Assembly (NCBI GenBank): GCA_045617125.1
Contig: JAZLIA010000003.1
Coordinates: forward strand, 1-26,172
Length of the DNA: 26,172 bases
Direction: 5' to 3'
Source: Clostridia bacterium
Lineage (GTDB): Bacteria; Bacillota; Clostridia; Christensenellales; Aristaeellaceae
This document shows, piece by piece, positions 1 through 6,939 of the stretch (positions are counted from its first letter, which is position 1; every line of letters starts with the position of its first letter). The notes under the pieces were generated by a model that searched no databases, was not told the DNA's origin, and saw only the letters and a program-made list of their open reading frames with translations. The translations under genes were made by a program, and so were the position numbers.

Positions 1-132
1 GGTGCCGAACAATTTGCCACTGTACTGAGTTACATTTCAACTGCAGTGCGTCACGGCATCTCTTGTTTTGATGCCTGTCTTTCGCTGCGTCAAGGGACTG
101 CTTTGAAGCTTGTGGATGACTGGCAGGACTGA
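1..132 (+). CDS. 3' end of a transposase gene (IS66-family-like C-terminal segment), truncated by the window edge
   Basis: Frame 1 is open from base 1 to TGA at 130-132 (GAEQFATVLSYISTAVRHGISCFDACLSLRQGTALKLVDDWQD). The GA..FA...SYISTA..HG pattern resembles the conserved C-terminal segment of IS66-family TnpC as I recall it. Only 43 aa are visible, so the family call is tentative. Confidence 0.35.
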   Translation, partial: GAEQFATVLSYISTAVRHGISCFDACLSLRQGTALKLVDDWQD

Positions 133-210
133 ATAGTTACCCTTGACTTAAGAAAGAAACAAAAATATTGTTGCTTTTTTGCAAAAGAACAGGGTGGAAG
201 TACTGAATAA

Positions 211-261
211 GAACCATCCGTGAATTCATCCACTTGAAGATGATTCACGGATGGTTCATTT
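211..261. terminator. Hairpin between convergent genes (possible bidirectional terminator)
   Basis: Perfect 15-nt arms gaaccatccgtgaat (211-225) and attcacggatggttc (243-257), followed by atttttat on the + strand. It sits directly after the tnpV stop on the - strand. The 17-nt loop is large. Confidence 0.45.
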
Positions 262-642
262 TTATCGATATTCCACCTGATCCCAGATGATTTCCTCAAT
301 TTGATGTTTGATGGAATTCATCAATCCGACCCATTTCATCTGGTCGCGAGCCTTCAGGTTCTCGTCGGCTCCGGCTTCATTTGCCATTTGAGGCATCATG
401 ATATCCAGTAATCTTTTCGCTTCAGTCTCAGTTTCATGAAGATCGTCATACAGTTTGCCAGTGAGCAGCAGCCTGCTAAACAGACCCGGACGGAATTCCC
501 GAAGATAGATCATTTTGGATAATCCGCACCTTCCAAGCGGTAATTCCCGCTTGACGGATATATCCGGGAAATAGTAATCTCCATGAAGCTGATAACCCAG
601 GCTGTTGGCATCATTGTGAAAGCGTTCGGGTAGTTCTTTCAT
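262..642 (-). CDS. tnpV: TnpV-family transposon-associated protein
   Basis: 126-aa ORF. GDYYFPD, LGRCG..MIYLREFRPGLFSRLLL.GKL, MPQMANEAGADENLKA.DQMKWVGLMNSIKHQIEEII match the TnpV family pattern (GDYY.P, LG.YG...YLKEH.P, MA.A.GVTEELKA.DQM.WVG.MN) from memory. Confidence 0.7.
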   Translation of the reverse strand: MKELPERFHNDANSLGYQLHGDYYFPDISVKRELPLGRCGLSKMIYLREFRPGLFSRLLLTGKLYDDLHETETEAKRLLDIMMPQMANEAGADENLKARDQMKWVGLMNSIKHQIEEIIWDQVEYR

Positions 643-759
643 ATTCTTTTCTTTCCTCTCAAATCGTATGTGTGAACAGGTGACAGGGAGGGAACACTGT
701 AAATATTCATCTCCTTCGCTGCTTATTTGTCACATCACGATGTCTGAGAAGAAACAAAG

Positions 760-799
760 AAATCCGAACCCATTCCCTATCGGGATTAGGTTCGGATTT
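760..799 (-). terminator. Intrinsic terminator downstream of tRNA-Ala
   Basis: 11-nt arms aaatccgaacc (760-770) and ggttcggattt (789-799). On the - strand the hairpin follows the tRNA 3' end and is followed by ctttgtttcttc. Confidence 0.45.
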
Positions 800-808
800 G
801 GATGCGAA

Positions 809-884
809 TGGTGGAGCATACCGGAGTCGAACCGGTGGCCTCTACAATGCGAATGTAGCGCACTACCAACTGTGCCAATGCCCC
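809..884 (-). tRNA. tRNA-Ala: tRNA-Ala, anticodon CGC, CCA encoded
   Basis: The reverse complement reads GGGGCATTGGCACAGTTGGTAGTGCGCTACATTCGCATTGTAGAGGCCACCGGTTCGACTCCGGTATGCTCCACCA. It has a 7-bp acceptor stem with the G3:U70 alanine identity pair, anticodon stem CTACA/TGTAG with loop TTCGCAT (anticodon CGC), and a GGTTCGA T-loop. Confidence 0.9.
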
Positions 885-889
885 AAATC

Positions 890-1008
890 TATTTGACCGT
901 TTTTACAAGCTGGTCAATCGAGCTTGCCCGCATGCGGGAGATTCCGGAGCCCTTTTCAGCGCCCCGTATATTGACCGTTTTTTACGAGCTGGCCGGTCAC
1001 GCTCGCCC
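890..1008. repeat. Two imperfect ~40-nt direct repeats upstream of the tRNA 5' end
   Basis: 890-929 tatttgaccgtttttacaagctggtcaatcgagcttgccc versus 967-1008 tatattgaccgttttttacgagctggccggtcacgctcgccc. My hand alignment gives 32 matches over 42 columns. Each copy is followed by a short GC hairpin. Confidence 0.5.
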
Positions 1009-1213
1009 TTTCAGGAACGCGGTTCTTTCGCCGCGAAGGGTATTATAGCATAGAGAATGCAGAAATGCAAGCATTTCTTTTATCAATTTTGCCCCGCCAT
1101 TTGGGTTCCGGCTTGCTGAAAACAGGCAAAATCGTGATATACTTGACCGGGCCGCATGGATAAACGGCACAGCTGAAGGAATATCATGAAGGGAGGGATC
1201 CTTCACGGAGAAA

Positions 1214-2221
1214 GTGATACTGGGGCTGTCAGACGGGGTGGACAGCGCTGTAGCCGCCTGGATGCTGAAAAAGCAGGGCTATATCGTGCACGCGCTTTAT
1301 CTGGACATTGCCGGAGAAAAAGAAAAGAACACGGCGGAGGAAAGCGCGCGCCTTCTTAATATCCCCTTCACAGCATACGATGTACGGAATGAATTGAAGG
1401 AAAAGGTGTTTCTGCCCTTTGCAAAGGGTTATCTTGAGGGGCGCACGGTGAACCCCTGTGTGCTGTGCAACCCGCTCGTCAAATTGAAAGCCCTGGAAAG
1501 AGAAGCTGAAAAGCAGGGCGCCCGGTATATCGCTACTGGGCACTATGTGTTTTGTGACGGGGAGGGTCTTTACCGGGGACATCCCGATCATGACCAGAGC
1601 TATATGCTGTGCCGTATTCAAAAAGAGCAGCTGCAAAAGCTGCTCCTGCCCCTTGGGCGGATGAACAAGGCGGAGGTGCGCCGCATCGCGGGGCGCATCG
1701 GTCTGCCCGCGGCGGAAAAGCCCGACAGCCGGGACCTGTGCCTGCTTCCCAAGGGCCTGCCCTACTGGCAATGGATCGAAAATGAATGGCCCTGTCCCGG
1801 GCCGGGAAAAATACTGCTGGACGGAAAAAGGATCGGCAGTCACGGGGGCATACACCGTTACACCCTGGGCATGCGTCTGCCCTTTGAAAAGGATGGGCGT
1901 TACCTTTATGTGAAAAGCATCGATGCCTCAGACAACACGCTTCAGGCCGGGGTGTGGGAAAATCTGTTCACCGCTCAAGTGCTGCTTTCCTCGCTCCGCT
2001 TTCTGGATGAACCTCCAAAGAGCCCGTTCCGGGGAGAAATTCGGGTGCGTCACACCCGGCATGAAACCCCAGCCTGCACCGTGAAGCTTTTCCCGAACGG
2101 GGCCATGGTGACCGCCGACAGCCCATTCCGTTCCCCCTGCCCCGGCCAGGCCGCCGCCCTTTACATCGGCGACCGGCTCATTGGCAGCGGAATCGTGGAA
2201 AAAGGGATATACGAAGAATAA
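1214..2221 (+). CDS. mnmA: tRNA 2-thiouridine(34) synthase MnmA-like
   Basis: 335 aa. N-terminal PP-loop region LGLSDGVDSAVAAWMLKKQGY, catalytic-Cys context NPCVLCN, DQSYML, and second Cys region DSRDLCLL. The only in-frame start is GTG 1214, since the frame has a stop at 1187. Confidence 0.8.
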   Translation: MILGLSDGVDSAVAAWMLKKQGYIVHALYLDIAGEKEKNTAEESARLLNIPFTAYDVRNELKEKVFLPFAKGYLEGRTVNPCVLCNPLVKLKALEREAEKQGARYIATGHYVFCDGEGLYRGHPDHDQSYMLCRIQKEQLQKLLLPLGRMNKAEVRRIAGRIGLPAAEKPDSRDLCLLPKGLPYWQWIENEWPCPGPGKILLDGKRIGSHGGIHRYTLGMRLPFEKDGRYLYVKSIDASDNTLQAGVWENLFTAQVLLSSLRFLDEPPKSPFRGEIRVRHTRHETPACTVKLFPNGAMVTADSPFRSPCPGQAAALYIGDRLIGSGIVEKGIYEE

Positions 2222-2239
2222 ACCAAAGAGAAAAACCGC

Positions 2240-3067
2240 TTACAGAATCTCCACCATTTCGATATGGAAATTCAGCTCCCTGCCCGCCATTTCATGATTG
2301 GCATCCAGGGTAATGTTTTCATCATCCTTTTCCGTTACCGTAACCGGAATAGGCTGGCCGCCGGGCCCGGAAAGATACACCTTCTCGCCCACATTGAGGC
2401 CCTCCGCGCCGGGCAGATCGGCGATCTTTGCCCGCAGGATCATATTGGGGTTCTTTTCGCCGTAGGCTTCCGATGGCATCAGGTGCACATCCTTCTCCTC
2501 TCCCACCTCCATATCGGCTGCGGCGGCATCAAAGCCGGAGATCATCTGCCCCGCACCGCAGACAAACTGAAGAGGCTCGCCCCGGTCATAGGAGGAATCA
2601 AACTGAGTGCCGTCATTAAAGGTGCCCCGATAATGCACCCGGCAGGTCTTTCCCACGTTTTTTCCCCGGATCACGGGGCATTCGCAGTGACCGGAGCAAT
2701 GGCCGCAGCCGCTGCCGCAGTTTTGTTCCTTCTCATGGTGATGATCGCACACGGAACCCGTGCTTTCCAATTCGCCCCGAAGCCATTTTTCAGCCGCCTC
2801 GTCGGCATTGCCTTCCGCACCGGAAACGACCTGAATGCCTGCCGCGTCCAGCGCGTTCAAAGCGCCGCCGCCGATGCCGCCGCAGATGAGCACCTGCACG
2901 CCCCATTTTTTCAACAGCTCCGCCAGGGCTTCATGGCCGGTTCCTTCCGTTCCGATCACGCTGGCGGAAACGATCTTTCCTTCCTGTACATCATAGACCC
3001 GAAACTGCTCCGTTTTTCCAAAGTGACCAAATACATTGCCGTTATCATAGGGAATCGCGATCTTCAT
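2240..3067 (-). CDS. Fusion protein: NifX/NifB-like Fe-Mo cofactor-binding fold + His/Cys-rich linker + SlyD-type FKBP peptidyl-prolyl isomerase
   Basis: 275 aa. Residues 1-105 (MKIAIPYDNGNVFGHFGKTEQFRVYDV...VLICGGIGGGALNAL) fit the Nitro_FeMo-Co fold. The linker is CDHHHEKEQNCGSGCGHCSGHCEC. The C-terminus aligns to E. coli SlyD, including the IF-domain region and LDANHEMAGRELNFHIEMVEI (SlyD VDGNHMLAGQNLKFNVEVVAI). RBS aaggag lies 7 nt before the ATG. Confidence 0.8.
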   Translation of the reverse strand: MKIAIPYDNGNVFGHFGKTEQFRVYDVQEGKIVSASVIGTEGTGHEALAELLKKWGVQVLICGGIGGGALNALDAAGIQVVSGAEGNADEAAEKWLRGELESTGSVCDHHHEKEQNCGSGCGHCSGHCECPVIRGKNVGKTCRVHYRGTFNDGTQFDSSYDRGEPLQFVCGAGQMISGFDAAAADMEVGEEKDVHLMPSEAYGEKNPNMILRAKIADLPGAEGLNVGEKVYLSGPGGQPIPVTVTEKDDENITLDANHEMAGRELNFHIEMVEIL

Positions 3068-3082
3068 GATATTTCTCCTTTT

Positions 3083-4483
3083 TCATGCTTTACTTGCATC
3101 CATGTGCTGTTTAACAAATACTTCCCGGTCGAGGCGATAATGATCGCACCGGAATGTGCATCCGTCTATTTCCCGGGTGACGTTTTCGCTGCTTTCATAC
3201 ACGCAGCCCAGTTTGCGGGCAAGGGCAGCTGAGGGAAGGTTTTCACTAAAGCAGCTGTAATAAAACGCTTCTGCACCCATGCAGTCAAAGGCCATACGCA
3301 TCAGGCCCTGCACCGTTATCAGTCCATAGCCTCTCCCGCGGAATTCCCGTGCCACGCAGACGCCCGATTCCTCCACCGTTCCCGGGCATTTTTCCCTCAC
3401 CCCCGCAAAGCCGATGGGTTCATCTGTTTCCGTGAGCGTAATAAAGTAAGCCGGCCAGCGGTGCTGGTAGTTGAGGGTGCGCTTCATTCGCTCCATCGCT
3501 TCCATGCGTGTTTCAGTCACCTTCCACAGCATCAGCTCCGCTGCCTGAGCATCGCTCCACACGCGCTGCCAGATCTTTTCCGTATCCTCCTCCCGGGCCT
3601 TTCGAAGCGTGACCGGCCCCAAACACAGCCGTTCCGGCAGGGCCTGTTCGGGAAAGAGCGTGTCCCCGCAGGAAAGCGCCCTTACCTGCCCGGGCAAATG
3701 CCTGCTCAGATAGGAAAACGCCTTTTCTCCGGTGCAGTGACAGGTGTAAAACACCGTATGCTCCTGCTTTTTCATTTCTCCCGCTATGCCGAGGAGAATC
3801 TCCTCTGGCACACATTCCCCGGTGGCAGGACGGCACAGGTGAAACCCGCCCACACAAAGCGCCGGGAAAGCTCCCGCACTTGAAAGGCAGTTCACAACGC
3901 CGCGATGCCCGCAGCCCATGAGGAGCAGGTCCCGTCCGTACACCGCCGAAGAAAGCACCATACAAAGCTCGTGGGAAAAACGGTCCTTTTCCCCGTTTTC
4001 CAGCAGCGTATCATTGGCTGGGGATAAAAACCGGCTGCCCTTCGGGCAGAAAAGGCGAAGCTCCTCATCCAGCACGGTATCCCCTTCGAGCAGCTTTAAC
4101 CGGGGATGATCCCGAAGCGATGCGTCCAGGCCGATTTCCTTTATTTCCCCGGAGGAAAGGCTCTGGTGAGGTTCAAACGCCTGTCTGTGCACATACACCG
4201 GGGCAATGCGGTTCATCTGAAGAAACCGCCCCAGCCCGCCTCCGTGATCGTTGTGGCCGTGAGACAGCACGGCAATATCCACCTGCGCAAGGTCGATCCC
4301 CAGACGGGCGGCATTTTCAAAGGCCGTATCATCCGGCCCCATATCAAAAAGCACACGGTGCTTCGGGGTCTCCAGGTAAAAGGACAGGCCGTGCACCGGG
4401 CGGCAATCCCCAAACGAGGTGTTTTCCGCCAGACACGTAAGACGAAGAAGCGTGCTTGACATGCTTTGTGTTAAACCGGGCAT
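3083..4483 (-). CDS. Fusion protein: MBL-fold metallo-hydrolase + C-terminal GNAT N-acetyltransferase
   Basis: 466 aa. MBL motif SHGHNDHGGG (HxHxDH) sits in the N-terminal ~280 aa. The C-terminal ~170 aa have GNAT features (IGFAGV....VCVAREFRGRGYG, then SENLPSAALARKLG). The start is uncertain: ATG 4483 or ATG 4462 (MSSTLLRLTCLAEN), and neither has a good RBS. Confidence 0.72.
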   Translation of the reverse strand: MPGLTQSMSSTLLRLTCLAENTSFGDCRPVHGLSFYLETPKHRVLFDMGPDDTAFENAARLGIDLAQVDIAVLSHGHNDHGGGLGRFLQMNRIAPVYVHRQAFEPHQSLSSGEIKEIGLDASLRDHPRLKLLEGDTVLDEELRLFCPKGSRFLSPANDTLLENGEKDRFSHELCMVLSSAVYGRDLLLMGCGHRGVVNCLSSAGAFPALCVGGFHLCRPATGECVPEEILLGIAGEMKKQEHTVFYTCHCTGEKAFSYLSRHLPGQVRALSCGDTLFPEQALPERLCLGPVTLRKAREEDTEKIWQRVWSDAQAAELMLWKVTETRMEAMERMKRTLNYQHRWPAYFITLTETDEPIGFAGVREKCPGTVEESGVCVAREFRGRGYGLITVQGLMRMAFDCMGAEAFYYSCFSENLPSAALARKLGCVYESSENVTREIDGCTFRCDHYRLDREVFVKQHMDASKA

Positions 4484-4509
4484 GTTTCCCGGCCGATCCT
4501 TTCCAAACG

Positions 4510-5091
4510 TTATTTCGAAATTTCATCCAGCGTAAGGCTGAAACCCGGAACACATTCCTCCATAAAATCCCGCACCTCGGGCAATTCCTCCCGCTCAATG
4601 GACGCAAGGATCGTTTTTCTGGCAGGCTCAAATTCCCGGTTTCCGGCCTTCTCCTCCTCCAGGCATTTGATGTAGGCCGAGATCCGGTCGGCTGCCTTCA
4701 CCACACGCCATTCCCGGCTGCTTTTATCCGGGCGGATCAGCGGGTCATATTCGTTTTTCAGATCCTCCGGCAGCATGGAGAGCAGCTTTTGCGCCGCAGT
4801 TTCCTCCAGCCGGTCATATTCCGCCTTCAGGACGGGATTATTGTGCTTCACCGGGGTGGGCATATCCCCGGTGATCACCTCACAGGCGTCATGATAGGCC
4901 GCCAGCGTCATCACCCGCCCGGCATCATACCGGCGGCCGTAGCGGGTATTTCCCATCAGCGCGATCGCGTGGGCGATCAAAGCGGTCTGCATGGAATGCT
5001 CCAGGTCGTTTTCCGGAGCGGTATTCTTCATCAGTCCCCAGCGCCGTATATAGCGCATCCTATCCACATAAGCAAAAAAATGATGGTGCAT
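4510..5091 (-). CDS. yfbR: 5'-deoxynucleotidase, HD-domain (YfbR family)
   Basis: Collinear similarity to E. coli YfbR from memory: HFFAYVDRMRYIRRWGLM / HFFAHLSRLKLINRWPLM, ENDLEHSMQ, YHDACEVITGDMPTPVK / YHDASEVLTGDLPTPVK, AYIKCLEEEKAGNREF / AYLKCLEELAAGNNEF, SLTLDEIS. The fourth-codon ATG (5091) is preferred because GGAG (5105-5102) is 10 nt upstream of it, but only 1 nt from ATG 5100. Confidence 0.85.
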   Translation of the reverse strand: MHHHFFAYVDRMRYIRRWGLMKNTAPENDLEHSMQTALIAHAIALMGNTRYGRRYDAGRVMTLAAYHDACEVITGDMPTPVKHNNPVLKAEYDRLEETAAQKLLSMLPEDLKNEYDPLIRPDKSSREWRVVKAADRISAYIKCLEEEKAGNREFEPARKTILASIEREELPEVRDFMEECVPGFSLTLDEISK

Positions 5092-5109
5092 ACCGGTCAT
5101 TCTCCTTTA

Positions 5110-5137
5110 TTGACAGAAACAAAAAATGGAATATAAT
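5110..5137 (+). promoter_or_regulatory. Sigma-A type promoter for the TPP riboswitch-thiT transcript
   Basis: Consensus TTGACA (5110-5115), 16-nt spacer, consensus TATAAT (5132-5137), just upstream of the riboswitch P1. Confidence 0.75.
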
Positions 5138-5143
5138 AAAGCT

Positions 5144-5281
5144 GCGTCCGCTGGGGGTGCCGCGTATGCGGCTGAGAGAGTCCCTTGGAACCTGTGTAGG
5201 CAATCCTACCGGAGGGAAGCGGTGCGCGGAGCCCTTTCCGCGCAGCCCCGTTTCCCGCATGCAGATGCATGTGGGTTTTTT
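5144..5281 (+). promoter_or_regulatory. TPP (THI-box) riboswitch with transcription-terminator expression platform
   Basis: Aptamer about 5144-5227 with the hallmark blocks ctgggggtgcc, gctgagag, cccttggaacctg, and aatcctaccggagggaa. P1 is ccgct (5148-5152) / agcgg (5218-5222). The terminator stem is cccgcatgc (5254-5262) / gcatgtggg (5267-5275), followed by T6 (5276-5281). Confidence 0.9.
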
Positions 5282-5309
5282 ATTTAGGAGGACGCAGAAA
5301 GGAAAAAAC

Positions 5310-5972
5310 ATGGAATTTGGCATTCATCTGGATCAGCCGGAACAATGGACCGTTCCGGACACGCTGATCTGCCTTTTCGCGGTGATCCTTTTGATCGTTC
5401 TAAACAGTGTGATCGCAAAACGCGCCCGTAAATGGACCGCGGCGGAGCTTTGCCTGGCCTCGCTCTGCATCGCTCTCAGCTTCGTGCTCAGCTTTGTGAA
5501 GCTTTGGTCCATGCCCACGGGAGGCTCCGTCACCCTGGCCAGCATGCTGCCGATCATGCTGTTTTCAGTGCTTATGGGGCCGATCAAGGGCGTCTTCTGC
5601 GGCCTGATCTACGGCCTTCTCCAGTGCCTGCAGGGCGGGTGGATCGTACATCCTGTGCAGTTTCTGCTGGATTATCCTCTGGCCTTTTCCATGCTGGGCC
5701 TGGCAGGCATCCGCTTTGGAAAAAAGACTGCCGGTGCGGCAGCCCGGACATTTCAGCTTTCCCTTTCCATGCTTCTGGCCGCTTTCGGCCGGGCCCTGTG
5801 CGCCACCCTGGCTGGCTACTTCTTCTGGAACACCCAGCTGCTGGCCAGCCTTGTCTACAATGGCACCTATCTGATCCCGGATACCGCGATCTGCATTCTG
5901 CTGGCGATCCCGATCACACCGAGGCTGCCGCAGCTTTCCACTATATTTTATAGCAGAGGCTCTCATTTGTAA
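5310..5972 (+). CDS. thiT: Thiamine transporter ThiT/YuaJ (ECF S-component type)
   Basis: 220 aa from ATG 5310, with aggagg upstream. It is multi-TM with the family block SFVKLWSMPTGGSVTLASMLPIMLF and HPVQFLLDYPLAF. It lies directly behind the TPP riboswitch. The longer track ORF (start 5157) would read through the riboswitch. Confidence 0.85.
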   Translation: MEFGIHLDQPEQWTVPDTLICLFAVILLIVLNSVIAKRARKWTAAELCLASLCIALSFVLSFVKLWSMPTGGSVTLASMLPIMLFSVLMGPIKGVFCGLIYGLLQCLQGGWIVHPVQFLLDYPLAFSMLGLAGIRFGKKTAGAAARTFQLSLSMLLAAFGRALCATLAGYFFWNTQLLASLVYNGTYLIPDTAICILLAIPITPRLPQLSTIFYSRGSHL

Positions 5973-6028
5973 AGGAACCCGGCTCTGACAAAAAAACACA
6001 GAGAAAGCAATATGGAACCCACTCCGCC

Positions 6029-6057
6029 TTGATTCACAAGGCAGGTTATGTTATGAT
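6029..6057 (+). promoter_or_regulatory. Promoter for nfnAB
   Basis: TTGATT (6029-6034), 17-nt spacer ending in tgt (extended -10), TATGAT (6052-6057). The GGAGGG RBS precedes ATG 6091. Confidence 0.6.
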
Positions 6058-6090
6058 GAGCACGCAAAAAGCACATCCCGGAGGGTAGAA

Positions 6091-6939
6091 ATGTTTGAGA
6101 TCATTGAAAAAGAGATCCTGAATCCCACCGTTACGAGAATAAAGGTTTCCGCTCCCGCAGTTGCCCGCAAGGCACAGCCGGGGCAGTTCATCATTCTGCG
6201 CACGGACAAGGAGGGGGAGCGCATTCCCCTTACCATTGCGGATTATGACCCCGAAAAAGGAACCGTGACTGTGATCTTTCAGGTGGTGGGCGCCACCACG
6301 GAAATGCTGAACACCTTTGAAGAAGGCGATCGCCTGGCCGATTTTGTTGGGCCTCTTGGCAAGCCAACCGACCTTGACAGCATTCAAAGCGCTGCCGTGG
6401 TAGGCGGCGGCGTGGGCTGTGCCATTGCCCTGCCCATTGCCAGAGCATTGAAAAAGCAGGGCGCGAGGGTGGATTGCATCATCGGCTTCCGAAGCCGGGA
6501 TCTGGTCATTTTGGAAAATGAATTCGCCTCTTCATCCGACCGGCTTTTCCTGATGACCGATGACGGCACTGCCGGAGAAAAAGGGCTGGTGACCGACGCA
6601 CTGAAAAAGCAGATCGAAGCGGGAGTCAAATATGACCGGGTCATCACCATCGGCCCCCTGATCATGATGAAATTTGTGTGCCGGCTCACAAAAGAATACG
6701 GCATTCCCACCGTGGCCAGCATGAACCCCATCATGATCGACGGCACGGGCATGTGCGGGGGCTGTCGTCTCACCGTGGGCGGTAAGGTTTGCTTTGCCTG
6801 TGTGGACGGCCCCGATTTTGACGGCCATCTGATCGACTTTGACGAAGCGATCAACCGCTCGGGCATGTACCGAACCTTCGAAAAAAACGCCCGTGAAAAA
6901 ATGTGCAATCTGCTGAAGGAGGCGCAAAACCATGATTGA
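6091..6939 (+). CDS. nfnA: NfnA-type FAD/[2Fe-2S] subunit (sulfide dehydrogenase / ferredoxin-NADP reductase small subunit family)
   Basis: 282 aa. PGQFIILR FAD-binding barrel, GGGVGCA nucleotide-binding loop, and C-terminal cluster motif CGGCRLTVGGKVCFACVDGP. It is translationally coupled to the next gene. Confidence 0.8.
   Translation: MFEIIEKEILNPTVTRIKVSAPAVARKAQPGQFIILRTDKEGERIPLTIADYDPEKGTVTVIFQVVGATTEMLNTFEEGDRLADFVGPLGKPTDLDSIQSAAVVGGGVGCAIALPIARALKKQGARVDCIIGFRSRDLVILENEFASSSDRLFLMTDDGTAGEKGLVTDALKKQIEAGVKYDRVITIGPLIMMKFVCRLTKEYGIPTVASMNPIMIDGTGMCGGCRLTVGGKVCFACVDGPDFDGHLIDFDEAINRSGMYRTFEKNAREKMCNLLKEAQNHD

Noticed and set aside
133-141. IS66-type right terminal inverted repeat immediately after the transposase stop
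   Set aside because: Only the TTAC terminus fits. The left end is outside the window and no target duplication can be checked, so it is not annotated as a mobile_element feature.
668-1048. 126-aa + strand ORF
   Set aside because: It runs straight across the tRNA-Ala gene and its terminator hairpin. It has no RBS and a low-complexity translation, so it is an artefact of the open frame.
2264-3232. 322-aa + strand ORF
   Set aside because: It is antisense to the NifX-SlyD fusion gene and spans the intergenic gap into the next gene. No motifs.
5157-5309. N-terminal 51 codons of the track ORF 5157..5972
   Set aside because: This stretch is the TPP riboswitch aptamer and its terminator. The real thiT start is ATG 5310, behind aggagg.
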